Origin: Antedon mediterranea
Lineage: Eukaryota > Animalia > Echinodermata
Assembly: GCF_964355755.1 (NCBI RefSeq)
Contig: NC_092672.1
Coordinates: 23,945,237 to 24,009,236 of the forward strand
DNA length: 64,000 nt
Direction: 5' to 3'
Notes under the pieces: model-generated
The model's database searches: none
Told to the model about the DNA's origin: nothing
The model's input: only the letters and a program-made list of their open reading frames with translations
Position numbers and translations under genes: made by a program
Part shown: in pieces, positions 24,310-37,570 of the stretch
Layout of the letters: each line of letters opens with the position of its first letter
How positions within the stretch are numbered: the first letter of the stretch is position 1

Positions 24310-25603
24310 ATAGAATTCTTGTTTCAAGCAATTTTTTTCCCAATATAAGTAAGAATTTACGAATTTTAATTTGATAGAATTCTTGTTTCAAGCAATACTT
24401 TTCTTAAAATAAATAAACATTTACTGGTTTTTATTTGATAGACTTCTTGTTTACTTATTTAAAAAAAAGTTTTGCTTGAAACAAGAATTCTACAAATAAA
24501 AATCGGAATATTCTTACTTATTTTAAGAAATATATTGCTTGAAACAAGAAAACTAAAAATATAAATCGGAATATTCTTACTTATTTTAAGAAAAATATTG
24601 CTTAAAACAAGAATTCTAAAAAATACAAACCGGAATATTCTTACTTATTTTAAGAAAAATATTGCTTGAAACAAGAATTCTACAAATAAAAATCGGAATA
24701 TTCTTACTTATTTTAAGAAATATATTGCTTGAAACAAGAATTCAAAAAATACAAATCGGAATATTCTTACTTATTTAAAAAAAAATATTGCTTGAAACAA
24801 GAATTCAAAAAATACAAATCGGAATATTCTTACTTATTTTAAGAAAAATATTGCTTGAAACAAGAATTCAAAAAATACAAATCGGAATATTCTTACTTAT
24901 TTTAAGAAATATATTGCTTGAAACAAGAATATTAAAATTAAAAATCGGAATATTCTTACTTATTTTAAGAAAAATATTGCTTAAAACAAGAATTCTAAAA
25001 AATACAAATCGGAATATTCTTACTTATTTTAAGGAAAATATTGCTTGAAACAAGAATTCTACAAATAAAATACGGAATATTCTTACTTATTTTAAGAAAT
25101 ATTTTGCTTGAAACAAGAATTCAAAAAATACAAATCGGAATATTCTTACTTATTTTAAGAAAAAAATTGCTTGAAACAAGAATTCAAAAAATACAAATCG
25201 GAATATTCTTACTTATTTTAAGAAAAATATTGCTTGAAACAAGAATTCAAAAAATACAAATCGGAATATTCTTACTTATTTTAAGAAAAATATTGCCTGA
25301 AACAAGAATTCAAAAAATAAAAATCGGAATATTCTTACTTATTTTAAGAAATATCTTGCTTGAAACAAGAATTCAAAAAAATACAAATCGGAATATTCTT
25401 ACTTATTTTAAGAAATATATTGCTTGAAACAAGAATTCTATAAAATACAAATCGGAATATTCTTACTTATTTTAAGAAATATCTTGCTTGAAACAAGAAT
25501 TCAAAAAAATACCAATCGGAATATTCTTACTTATTTTAAGAAAAATATTGCTTGAAACAAGAATTCTATTTTAAAAAATCGATAAATTGTTACTTATTTT
25601 AAG
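24310..25603. repeat. Right subterminal array, 63-64 bp unit, about 18 copies
   Basis: Unit ttgcttgaaacaagaattcaaaaaatacaaatcggaatattcttacttattttaagaaaaata. Produces the spurious ORFs 24788-25048 and 25041-25427. Confidence 0.93.
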
Positions 25604-25768
25604 GCCATCAAGAGAACCTCCCCAGTTATATTCATATACTTTTTTTTTGTATAATTTGTTCATCATTTTTATATTGTGATTGTATTTCTTTAATACGGTC
25701 TCGTAGAAGAACACATTTTGTTGTGAACGAGCCTCCGTTTTAAAATAAATATATTGTTATTATTATAT
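25604..25768 (+). mobile_element. Probable LINE 3'-UTR fragment
   Basis: T-rich tract, an imperfect stem (ctcgt..acgag), then aaataaa and (tta)n. Sits at the junction between the EnSpm array and the CR1 RT. Confidence 0.4.
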
Positions 25769-26664
25769 ATGCCTGGAAAGTACGGAAAAGGCTTAATATA
25801 GCTTGATTTAAAAACATATAAAGCTGGTCATTCCGACAATTAACCAGTGAGCTTAATAATGGATTTTGCACCTGAATTAACGCCAATTATCCCGAATATT
25901 TTGAACAGTGTACTAGTGAAAGATATTTTTTTGGAGGATTGGAAGAAGTCCACTCAGTTTACAATATGAAAGGTTAAAAATGCAAAGACTTTAAATGTGC
26001 TTAGACCTATCTCGCTCTCTCCATTTTTGTTTGAATATTTCATTTTTCAATGGATTCTCTTGAATAACAGTGACGGATAATAGGCAATAGCTGCAAGCAG
26101 AGCTCGACAACTTTCCATCTTATCAGCGTCATTGACAAATCCTGAAGGGTTTTAAGAGAGATAGCTTTAATGCAAATATTTGTGTTCATCGTGTAGGTCA
26201 CTCTGTATGTATCAATAGGTTAATTTAGCTTAGGATTTGGTCGTCAATGGCACATCATGAATACTCGATTTGCGGGAGTGGTCTCTGATACATACCAATT
26301 AACTGTGGAGTACCTCATGGTAGCCTACTTTAATAGCACCCACCCTTTTCCTGGTGTTATTCAATGATGCTGTGGAGGTTACAGTTACTTAAACAAGTGG
26401 TGCAATGTAACTGGTAATATGACACCGAAACTATCTAAATGTAAGGTGATGTCGTTACAACTATTAAGATGTTATTAAATTTGAAGTAAAAATGATTCAG
26501 TATTAAAGGTGTTGAAAATAATTACTCGATATTGTTATTCATAATAATTTAAAATGTGATACGAATACTGAGGAGATTGTGTTTGAAAATGATATATTGA
26601 TAGATCTATTTATTGAACAAACAGTAGGCCTAATAAAAAAAAAAGATGTGTGATATTGTGTGTA

Positions 26665-26815
26665 TGCATTTGGCGGAGCGTTATTTGAGGGAAAATGCCC
26701 CGGGGCATTTATTATTTGAGGAGGTGGAAAGGTGGGCGTTTATTTCAAATGATGTTTTATGAAGGGGACGCTGCGCGTCATTCAAAGCGGGTCGTTTATT
26801 CAAATAAATACGGTA
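26665..26815. mobile_element. Solo end of a Tc1/mariner (pogo/Tc2-like) MITE
   Basis: Repeated gcgtttattt/ttatttgagg motifs ending in aataaatacggta. No partner TIR found. Confidence 0.4.
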
Positions 26816-29800
26816 GGTTATTAGTTTTAATAAATTAATCACTTCCGTAAAAAAACGACAAATGACAAAATAAAATTGTTAAATTCTCTCAAAAACCCAT
26901 TTACTTGTAGCAATTTGACTCTTTTTAAAATTACAGTTTTTCAGGTAAATTCAATTTTTGTCAAAGTGGATAACTATTAATGAGACATTAAAATGGCATC
27001 TGTAATTCACGTGGCCAAGATTACATTTCGATGATTATGTTGACACCTTAAATAATGAACAAAATATATATTGCGATATTAATTTGATTAAAAAATCAGG
27101 ATTAGGATATAACATTAAACAAAATTTAAAAAAACGTTATCACCACTTAATACGAAACGATCTGGGAAGACAACGTTAGCTTATGGTTATAAAAGATATC
27201 TCTGATTATTTGATGATAAATAGATGATTATTGATGATGTATGAATTATTTGATCACAGTCATTCCAAATTACATCTTTCTTGCGTCTTTTAGTTAATAG
27301 ATTATAATGATTAAGACATGGTTTGTTCTTCCAGGCCTAAAAGGCTGTCGATTGCTTGATGATCGATTGATGAATAGGGTCACATCCCTACCATAGGCCT
27401 AGGTCTGCAATATTTATTACACAATAGTAGGCCTATATCCTGACTTGCAATGATCTCAACCATGATCCTGTTTTATAATTATTTTTTGTTGTTGAAATTA
27501 GATAAATTCGTATTATTAGGCCTACTTTTTAAATTTATTAACATCACGTCATTTCATTAATTTCACAGGGACGTCTTCTTAAAAAATTCCAGGTCATCTC
27601 TTTAGACTTAGACCAAAGAATATATATCATAAGAATGAGTATTCCACGATTTTTGCATGAGAAATTTGTAACAGAGAGCTCCAGAGAGAGTGATGCCCGC
27701 CCTAATAAGTGCGGATGTATACATACTAAATAAGACTTGATTTAATAGATATTATACATGTCACATTACATAGAATTATGATAATATATTTTGCAATTGT
27801 AAACTATTTTATAATACATATTTATTAACAAACTAGTGTACATTCATTTATCATTTACAGACAATTATTTACTAACATGCTAAATTAGTTCTCAAAAAAG
27901 GCCTAACACAGCAATAGGTGGTCCAGCCTTTGATTAGTGAAACCGTCACAAAAAGTTGTATACCCCAGATACATCCTCACTCATGGCGGCGCCCTACCAC
28001 ATGGACAAGGAAAATCTCGGATTACTCATTCTTGTGAGTCGTCGGCAGAGGTCGCACACGTGTGTGTACTACCATGGAGTAAAGGGTACTACATGTGGTG
28101 GCACAAAAAAAGTTTTCAGGAATCATGACTGTTAGTGTTGACATATTTTGAACTTTAGTTCCCGGTAATATTTTACATATTTTATGGTAAAGTTAAGCTA
28201 TCAGTGACTTTTGTAAAGGATAACAATAGGCCATTCCAACAATACAGGTGCCTAAGCCTACTAATAATTATTAAGCTAATAAGATAAGAATGATTTTAGC
28301 CTTAGGCTACTATAGTAAGCTGTGTAGTAACTGTATGTAGGCTAAAGTTAAGCCCCCGATCCGGCCTCACTGTGGCCTAGCTAGCTGAGATTTAGGTACC
28401 TGTCTTTCTTACTGTAACAGCAGTCTATCACAGCTTTTCCGACTCGCGAGGTATGCAGGACTTGATAATTTTAAGATTGAATGCCTACAATTTAAGCAAT
28501 AAATTTGTTTAATATCTTGGTAGCAAAAATGATACATAGTTACTATACAGTGTGTGCCGCAATTGTTTTGAAGTAATTAACCACTGATGGAAGGTATCCC
28601 ATCCTAGTCCCATTGCCTATGTTTTTTATGTTAAAAGTTTTAAAACATGAAACCAGGTCATTCCGTGTCTTAAATGTACGTTTTATGGTAATATGATAAA
28701 AAGAAAAAAAACAATGCACTACTAAATTGATTAGAATCGATTATTTTTCAAATTTTTAACCATTTAAAGCCAAAACAAGTTATCGCAATAGGATAAGATG
28801 AATGTAATTTGTGACCTTCTTAAATTAAATCTAAAAAACGTAGGGAATGGGACTTTAGACAGACTTCCCCCATGATTGTATACTCCTTGAGTGGTGGTAA
28901 ATATGCAACAGTATTCATAAAATGGTTTTGCAAAATGAGGACCAGTGAAAATACCACTACACCATGACGTCATTTATATTAACTAAAAAGATTACTAAAA
29001 GTATTACAGTTACCTCTGACTTAATTAAAGTCTTCAGTCCATGTTGATCAGATTTTTGTAGATTTTGTATTTTTGTATGACCCACTATACGACAAGATTA
29101 CATGGTTTTGTAAATATTTTGTTCTCTAATTTTTTTAATTCAACAATTTTTCCAGTCATCATCTTAATTTTGTAAAGCTCGGTTTAATACCTTTAGCAGA
29201 GCATCATTTTTTACATTTGTTTCTTGAAGGTATTTGTATCATGAACACATTCTCTACATTACCAAACTGTTCCAAGCCAAACACACACCATTTTAACAAA
29301 CGACTGACACATAAAATCTATGAGCGTAGTCAGCCTAGACGAGTACTAAGTCTTACAATTTGCCTCTTTTTTTCATTTAAGGTAAAGATTAATAAGATAA
29401 TAAATTACTAACTTCTATCATAATTAATTATGGAAAACTACAGGGATATTGTAAATTAGAAATGTAAAAGTATGAATATATCCACTATGATGTAACACAT
29501 ACACATCTATCAGGCACACACTGCAGAATAAGAGTAATTTTCAGAATAATCATAGTAATTAATAGGTCTTGATAGTAGAGTAGAGGGAGGCCATTGCCCC
29601 TGTATCCGCCCTCTGTTGATCTTGCATTCGCCTGCATCATGGTTTTTCAAGGTTAAACAAACCTCCTGTTGAAATACTGACTGTTCTATTTAACTCAGTT
29701 CAACCTTGTTTTAACAATAGTCAATCTTTCAATTCATGACATTTTCTCACCACAACTCAAACATTCATTATTTGCATACTAATAAATTGCATTAGTGCCA

Positions 29801-30671
29801 AGCCATAATAACATCAATTTCCATAGACAGCTGCCAATACTGTAAACTATTTTATTTTGCAGGTTCCTAACTGGGCAGCAGTGCCTTTTGTGGTTGTTAC
29901 CTTGCCACAAAAGGCAGAAATAGCAAAGCATTGAAGAAGACTGCTCATAAAAGTGCGCCAAACAGGAAATGTCAGACAACATAGTATGGTATGTTTTTGC
30001 TATAGGCCTACAGTATAGCAATGATTTTCTATTGAAACTTGTTTAAATGATACTTGTATGATTGATATTATGTCTATTAACAACTTCTTGTGTTTTGTAC
30101 TACAATTCCAAAGGAAATCAGAGTTTTGTAAATGAATTATAAGAATTCTAAAGTGAAATTCAATAGAATACTTGTGTATTGTGCATCTATATTTAATAAG
30201 TGCACAGACCGTGGACACGTTTTTGTGATATCAAAGTCAGGTACTATTCATTGTGAATACTATATAATAGAAATATACTCTAAAGAGTTAGACAGTTGGT
30301 GCTATGAATTGATTGAATTCAGACAACTAGAAAGTCAGTCCAGTTATTGTGAATTACCAGATTATTCCAGTTTAGTCAATAATAATGTAAGTTTGCAATG
30401 TAGATGTACAGTAAGAAATACAGTATATTGCTAGTTTTTTCAATTTTATAAATTTGATTTATATTATTTTATAATTTTGATTATTAAGAGTTTTAAGAAA
30501 GAAGGAAGCTGAAATGTTTGGATACAAGAGATAAAAGTTAGTGTTTATAATGTTTAAAGATTTAACATTAAACTTACATTTTGTGTTTATTTTTGGTCAT
30601 GATTGACAGTTGTATTAAATTCAGATAATGCTAGCTAATAGAAACAAGTGCTGTTAATGCCAGCATAGAAA

Positions 30672-30854
30672 AACAGAAAGCCTAAAGAGAAAATGATCAC
30701 CAGTATGTAGATTAATAACAGAAAGCCTAAAGAGAAAATGATCACCAGTATCAGTATGTAGATTAACAACAGAAAGCCTAAAAAGAAAATGATCACCAGT
30801 ATGTAGATTAACAACAGAAAGCCTAAAGAGAAAATGATCACCAGTATGTAGATT
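30672..30854. repeat. ~45-bp minisatellite x4
   Basis: Unit aacagaaagcctaaagagaaaatgatcaccagtatgtagattaac. Confidence 0.92.
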
Positions 30855-31818
30855 TAGGAGAACACTTTAATATAGTTTAACTCTATTCCCTTTACATAAC
30901 ATGTCTGATAGCCTGATAATTTTAGTAGACTTCTTAGTCAATGTAGAGATGTTATCTTTTAAGCTGCTTGTTCGGTTCTGTAGGTCTGTCAATCTTTTAA
31001 AAATTTAACATGTTAGATCTGATATCAATTGATTTCTGTAGGTCTGTCAAGTGTCAGTCTTTTAAACAAATAACAGGTTAGATCTGATATCAATTGATTT
31101 CTGTAGGTCTGTTAGTCTTTAAAACATTTCATTTTATTTTCAATTTCATTTAATTTTTACCCATGAATATAAATTATAAGCATTGTAACATACAAATTAT
31201 AATAATTATATCAAGGAAGGGGCTAAAAAATAGTTAAAACTAATCAAGTTTAGCCCCTAAACATTGAAATATAAATAATTATATAAATAAATTAGGGTTA
31301 TATCTAGTATACCAATTTATTCCTGTAGGTCTGTCAGTCTTTTAAACAGGTAACAGGTTAGATCTAGTATATCAACAGACCTACAGAAATCAATTGGTAT
31401 ACTAGATCTAATGTGTTAAATGTTTTATTATTTTTTTCTTTCTAAACTTGCAGTCCTGTAGTTACCATACTGAAAATTTTCCTAAAATGCAAACCATTGT
31501 TAATTTTATATAAAATTTTTCTTGAATTGAATTGAATAGAATTAAATTAAAATACTATTTATTTTTGTTTTGCCTAAAATAGCAATTAAAAAAATTGAGC
31601 TTGTTTCCCTCTAGTGCATTGTAGTTCATATTAAAGCAAGAAATATTACCCTAACTATTATCAGATCAATTTATTTACAAATTTGTAATTTACAGTGTAA
31701 AGTAGTATGGAAGGCTTCAATGGGCAGGTTTGAAAATAAACACTGAAATACTGTTTGGAACAGAGTGCAAACATTTTTTGTAAATGTAAAAATGACACAA
31801 TTGTGGGAAGGAGGTTAA

Positions 31819-32184
31819 AGGCCCATTTACACTATAGGGCAATAACAATTTACAATAAAAAGATAAATATGCATTTTCATTTTCAAAAAGAAAAGAATTT
31901 AAAAAAGTTTTCATCCTAGAACTGGATTATCATCTATGCTGCCTCTAATGAAAACAATATTTCCACACGTCCAATCAAATGACGTCATGATTTAATAGTA
32001 AGAGCAATAACATCGGCACAATACAATGATTTTATTGTTTTTATTGATTATGATGTCATTTGATTAGATTTAAAAAAATACTTTTTTTATCAGATACAGC
32101 ATAAATTATTATCCTATAGTTCTAGAACGAAAACTAATGTATCTATTTATCGTCGATCGTTATCGCCCTATTGTAAATGGGCCT
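31819..32184. mobile_element. Harbinger/Tourist-like MITE with TAA TSD
   Basis: TIRs aggcccatttacactatagggcaataac / gttatcgccctattgtaaatgggcct. TAA at 31816-31818 and 32185-32187. The paralogous site at 33282-33284 is empty. Confidence 0.9.
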
Positions 32185-35011
32185 TAAGAGTATAGGAGGG
32201 GCATGTGCTTTCACCCCTAATTAGGAATGTCAGAGCCTAAAATCTGGGCAGTCTCTAGGCTTTCTTGTTTTTTTACCTAGTCACCATGCATACAGATTTA
32301 CGAAGCCAATTATAATTTGAAAGGAAATTCTAAATAATTGACCGAAAAGTATGAGTCAAATGTAAACTTGTCATATTAAACATTTTTTGAACGGCAACCT
32401 GATAAGTTTAGTAGACTTCTTAGTCAGTGTAAAGAGTGCATGGCCTACTGTATTTTCAAGCTGCTTAGTCGGTTCTATAGGTCTATCAGTCTTTGAAACA
32501 TTTAACATTTTAGATTTAATATACCAATTTATTCCTGTAAGTCTGTCAGTCTTTTAAACATGTAACAGGTTAGATCTGATATACCAACAGACCAACAGAA
32601 ATCAATTGGTATACTAGATCTAATGTGTTAAATGTTTTATTATTTTTTCTGTCTTAACTTTCAGTCCTGTAGTTACCATACTGAGAATTTTTCTCAAATG
32701 TGTAGTAATTAGATTATAATCTTTTTTTTTTTTGCCTAAAATAGCAATTATTTACTAATAAAAACTGAGCTGAGCTTGTTTCCCTCTAGTACTTTTTAGG
32801 GGTTTTATAGAAATTTAATAACAGAATTCTAAAGGAAATTCCGCAGAGTATTGTGAATTGTACATCAACAAAAAAAAAAGTGCACAGACCGTGCAAAAGC
32901 TGTTGTGACATCATAGCTAAAGTCAATAAGCATATTATGTGAATGAACACTAAATATGAAAATAGACTGTAAGGAGTGGTAGGCAGTTGGTGCTACAAAT
33001 TGGTTGAATTGGTAAAGTCAGTATTATAAGTTATCAAGATTTCAAGTCCAAGTTGAGTCCATAATTTGTAAGTTTGCATTGTAGTTCATATTAAAGCAAG
33101 AAATACTACCCTAACTATTTTCAGATCAATTTATTTACAAATATGATTTGTAATTTACAGTGTACAGTAGTATAGAAGGCTGCAATGAGCAGGTTTGAAA
33201 ATAAACACTGAAATACTGGATTAGGATCAGAGTGCAAACAATTTTTGTAAATGTAAAAATTACACAATTGTGGGAAGGTGTTAAGATTATGGGAGGGTAT
33301 GTGCTTTCACCCCTAATAAGAAATGTCAGAGCCTAAAATCTGGGCAGTCGCTAGGCTTTATTGTTTTTTTACCTAGTCACCATGCATACAGATTTACGAA
33401 GCCAATTATAATTTGAAAGGAAATTCTATATAATTGACCAAAAAGTATGAAATTGTCATAATAAACAATTTTTGAATGGCAACCGATTCTTTGTAAAAGG
33501 TGTCGAGATTTAATTCATTTTCCTAATTTTTCTTTAATTTTGTTTTTCTCTTTTTTGCAGCCCACTTTTATTGCACATATTATGATAAACAATATGATAA
33601 AAGTTATATCTATCTATCAATGGATATTTATGTGATACAGTAGTACACATCCTGAGGTTATAAGAGTATAGAAAATATTGTGATATTGTGTTGAAATCTA
33701 AATATGATAAAACAAGTATACAGAGAAAATTTATATTACAGAGCTAAAACGATATAAAGAACATTCAGTATTATAAATTGAGATTCGGTATGATAATAAT
33801 AATGATAAGATGTTTTGTTTAATTCTTTGATAAAATTGTATAGTTTTAAATTGATAAAGAAAGACATTTTGAACATAATGCTTTCAAAAATAAAATAACA
33901 AATTAATATACATTGCAAAACTAAACCCAAACCGAAGTATGGACATACGCCCTCGTTGCTAGCCAGGTTTATTAGCTAGCACCAGTTGTGTCTCGGTCAT
34001 CCCGGACACGAACTTTGAATCCTCTGAATAAAAACAGTACTTAGTAAAATGTTTGGAATAATAGTGCAATTTCCGGATAGATTCCTTAATTCCCAACATT
34101 TTCCAGCATTAGCCTGAACCATGTATGTGGGCTAATTTACATTTACCAGTAAATCATTGCCAAACTAGCCCTTGATCCTCACAGGTGCCTCTCTGTATTA
34201 AACTACAAAATGATATCTTAAACCAGTCTATTGAAAATGAACAAACAAATCTGATAAACTTAAAGACACTATATATAGACCTAGGTTTTTTGTAAAAATA
34301 TATACTATTACTATATAGACATATTGCAAAAAATAAAATTGATTCTAATAATTTTATCGGCCTGTTTTAAATCCCAACATGCATCGCGTGCAGATTGATA
34401 TTTCATATTGTGAGGTGATGATCGGTCACATGAAAAGGTAAACAAATAAAAGAACCATAACTTTTCAGCAAAAATATCTGGTCTTGCTTACAAAAGTAAG
34501 CCCAACTAAGCCAGATCTAGAAACGTCTAGAACTTTCAAAGCGAGCTACTTAGGGAGTGCATTAATTTTCTCTTTTATTATAATTAACCATAAAATGCAC
34601 ATTTAATGTTTTTAAAGTTATATATTATTTTTACAAAACGGCAACAATTGCAGATCTAGTGTCTTTAACCAATATTAGAACTGATGATGTAATTTCTTCA
34701 ATGAAGTCGTAGATTGTATACCTTCCAAAACTCCTAAGCGTCGGAATCATTTTTTTATTAGGTCGTTTTCTGACTTAGTGTATTTATTATTATTATCAAG
34801 CAAAGTAAGAATGTAGTCGCGCACCCTCCGCATCCCATACAATACGATTCATACAAAGGACACCGCTATACAACCGCCCCTATGCCTACCTATTGTTTAG
34901 CTGACAGTCAGTAAGCATAAATAAAAGTGTATAATATAAGTCAAAAATGGAACGCCGTGGTTACCTACAGATCATCATCATAGAGGATATGTTAATAATA
35001 ATATAGTACAC

Positions 35012-35556
35012 TTGTAACGCGAAATGATGTAGACGCTAAAACAGGTCCGGCCCTCCACATCGCTTATTTATCCTTAAAAAAAGTCCAAATGGTTGAAGTA
35101 CACTATCCTTAGAGTAAATCGAAAAGAAATTATCGAAACGGAGAGAGTAAAAATGTGCAAGAATAAATCGGCGTACGGTTCTTACTTAGACATAATATAA
35201 AATTACTAGAGGGCGCTATTAGTTTTAAACGAACTGAACAATAGAATATTCCAAAAGCCGATTAGAGTTTCTTTAATTAGTGTTTCAATAATTTCTTTTT
35301 GTTTAAACGGTAATATTTAGTATATTTACTTTAAGCATAATTTACTTTAACCATTTGAACTGTTTGCAGGCTTCTTAACACATTTTAAAGAATAAATAAG
35401 CGATTTTAAAGGCCGGATCAGTTTTGGCCTAGCCGGACCTGTTTTAGCGGCTGGTTCAACGCCAAAAGCGATCCGACCGGACCAGTTTTGGCGCTTGATT
35501 ACGACCAAAATCAATGCGGCCGGACCGATTTTGACCGGACCAATTTTGGCGTGACA
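35012..35556. mobile_element. Degenerate MULE/foldback-like element
   Basis: The right arm has repeated ccggacc.nttttggc units ending ggcgtgacac. The left remnant cgctaaaacaggtccggc (~35034-35051) is the reverse complement of ~35432-35449. Confidence 0.5.
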
Positions 35557-37170
35557 CACTAACTGTGGTAACTGTGTACTGTAGTATTTATTATAGCAAC
35601 CTATTTTCTTTCTAGACCACCCACCCAACTATATCAATACCTATTTATATTTATATATTTAATTTCTTCAACAAATTGATGTAAATAACTATTGAGCTAT
35701 AAGCATTACATTTTGCGCTTTTTTCGGGGCTTCCCTTAGACGTACGTTCGCAATGAACTTGAATGCAACGCAATGAAAACTAAATACTGAGTGAATGAAA
35801 TCGGCAACAAAATGTTATATCGTCCTGCAATTAGTCATGTGTGTTTATTGGAGGGGAAAAGTATGATCGTTTTGCTCATTGGTAGCATGCTACTGTACAT
35901 ATGAGAGTGTCTTTTCCTGCAAATTAGAGGTGCCATTTATCATGAATTTTATGTGCGAGAGTACCATTTCCAGCCATCTGGGGCGTCATTTAACGTTTTA
36001 AGTTCGCTTCGCCACAGGTCCTGTCGACGGCCCTGGACAAGCACCTTTTTCCACCATGTGCAAACGCTAACTTGCGTGAAGCGCCCTGTTGTGACGGAAA
36101 ATGTCACTCTTTAGTAGGCTAGTAGGCTACCTCAACTCATCCTCAACCAAGGTAGGGCTGAGTTGGTGTGGACTCTCTACAGTTGCGCCCCTCCCCCTCC
36201 GCCCTTCCACAAAATCCTCGATCCTTCCCTGGAATACATTAATTAATTTATTAATAGCAAAAGCCAAAGTTGTTTTTCGAAATGCTTATTGGCTGATTCA
36301 GCAGCTGGTTATTTAATGTATACGTTAGTTTTACTTTGTTGTTTGTAGGTATAGTAATCATTTTGACATACTGTATATCATTTATTTCAATGGGTACATA
36401 CAACACAACTTCATTAACTGTATTAATAGTTCATAGTACACAACTGTATTAATAATTCATATGATCATTTTCTCTGGTTTTTCCTGTAAACATTCAGTTG
36501 GTTTGGTTTTGTCTTGTCTCTGATTATTAACTACTAATGCCTTGTTTAATAATGGATTTATTCAATACCTAATTACATAGAGTAAGAAAATTACTGTTAC
36601 CATCTTTTTTTATTTTATAATTGCATTATACTGTATTTGGTTTTATAGTCAAACCTGTTTCAAGATCATTATTCATCATGCATGCAGATTTACGAAATGT
36701 AAAATTGTCTTAATAAAAATGCTATAGTAATTTTTGTGTATTTCTTGAAACACATAAAACGGTTATGTTTTTTAAAGAAACCTATGTTGGATCGCATTGT
36801 ACTTTATTTCCTTGCACCGGTTTTTAACTGTACATGAGACAGTATGCGTTTGTAGTTCTAATCAACTATATGATAAAACAAGGACAACCTATGGTGTAAA
36901 TTTTACAGAATATATTGAATTGCCCTGGTTATCAGATAAAAGTGTTGGTCTTTTGTACAACAATTTGCATTCAAGTATTAATATAGAAAAAGCATTATAT
37001 ATTTTAGATTTGTTTGTATTTCAGCATTACCTACTTGTAGAGCTAGAGTTAATATATTATTAATTGATAGAGGAGGCATTGGTCGAGGAAAGTGTTGATA
37101 GATGAGACATTTATTTACTCAACATCATGTTCAGTACTTTTAGTCCTAGTACTGTATTTATATTGATTAT

Positions 37171-37570
37171 TGTCAAAATTAGAGGAAGGGATAGTATATA
37201 GGTTGAGTTTAAAGCCACAATCTACAGATGATCCCAATGATTGCTTCATTCTTTGCCATTGTGATGAGCTGTCAACATTAGAGGAAGGGATAGTATTTAG
37301 GTTGAGTTTAAAGCCACAATCTTCAGATGATCCCAATGATTGCTTCATTCTTTGCCATTGTGATGAGCTGTCAACATTAGAGGAAGGGATAGTATTTATG
37401 TTGAGTTTAAAGCCACAATCTGCAGATGATCCCAATGATTGCTTCATTCTTTGCCATTGTGATGAGCTGTCAACATTAGAGGAAGGGATAGTATTTAGGT
37501 TGAGTTTAAAGCCACAATTTTCAGATGATCCCAATGATTGCTTCATTCTTTGCCATTGGGATGAGCTGTC
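37171..37570. repeat. 99-bp tandem repeat x4
   Basis: Units start at 37171, 37270, 37369 and 37468. Confidence 0.96.

Larger units (their letters stand above)
18367..25603. mobile_element. CACTA/EnSpm-like element relic; right terminus missing
   Basis: Begins ta|CACAGCAAAA. Long subterminal arrays share cttaaaataag/cttattttaag in opposite orientation at the two ends. Two internal spliced pseudogenes. Confidence 0.72.
16370..26590 (+). pseudogene. Old CR1-like LINE ORF2 in three pieces (~16370-16600, 18103-18366, ~25770-26590)
   Basis: Endonuclease-like remnants (R..K.GGGL, PFECLLIKV..LPR), linker YNGHFPVITT, and RT remnants (KAGHSDN*PVSLIMDFAPELTPIIPNILN...DWKKS; GVPHGSL..PTLFLVLFND). Heavily degenerate. 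Confidence 0.65.
30140..33484. repeat. Diverged, rearranged local tandem duplication
   Basis: Block pairs: 30914-31615 with 32399-32790; 30140-30400 with 32820-33075; 31616-32398 with 33076-33484. Confidence 0.88.

Noticed and set aside
24788-25427. Two repetitive ORFs
   Set aside because: Products of the 63-bp array; frames shift with A-run length.
28764-29350. Possible decayed minus-strand coding exons (VAYLPPLKEY; donor near 29012)
   Set aside because: Multiple stops and no motif I can assign.
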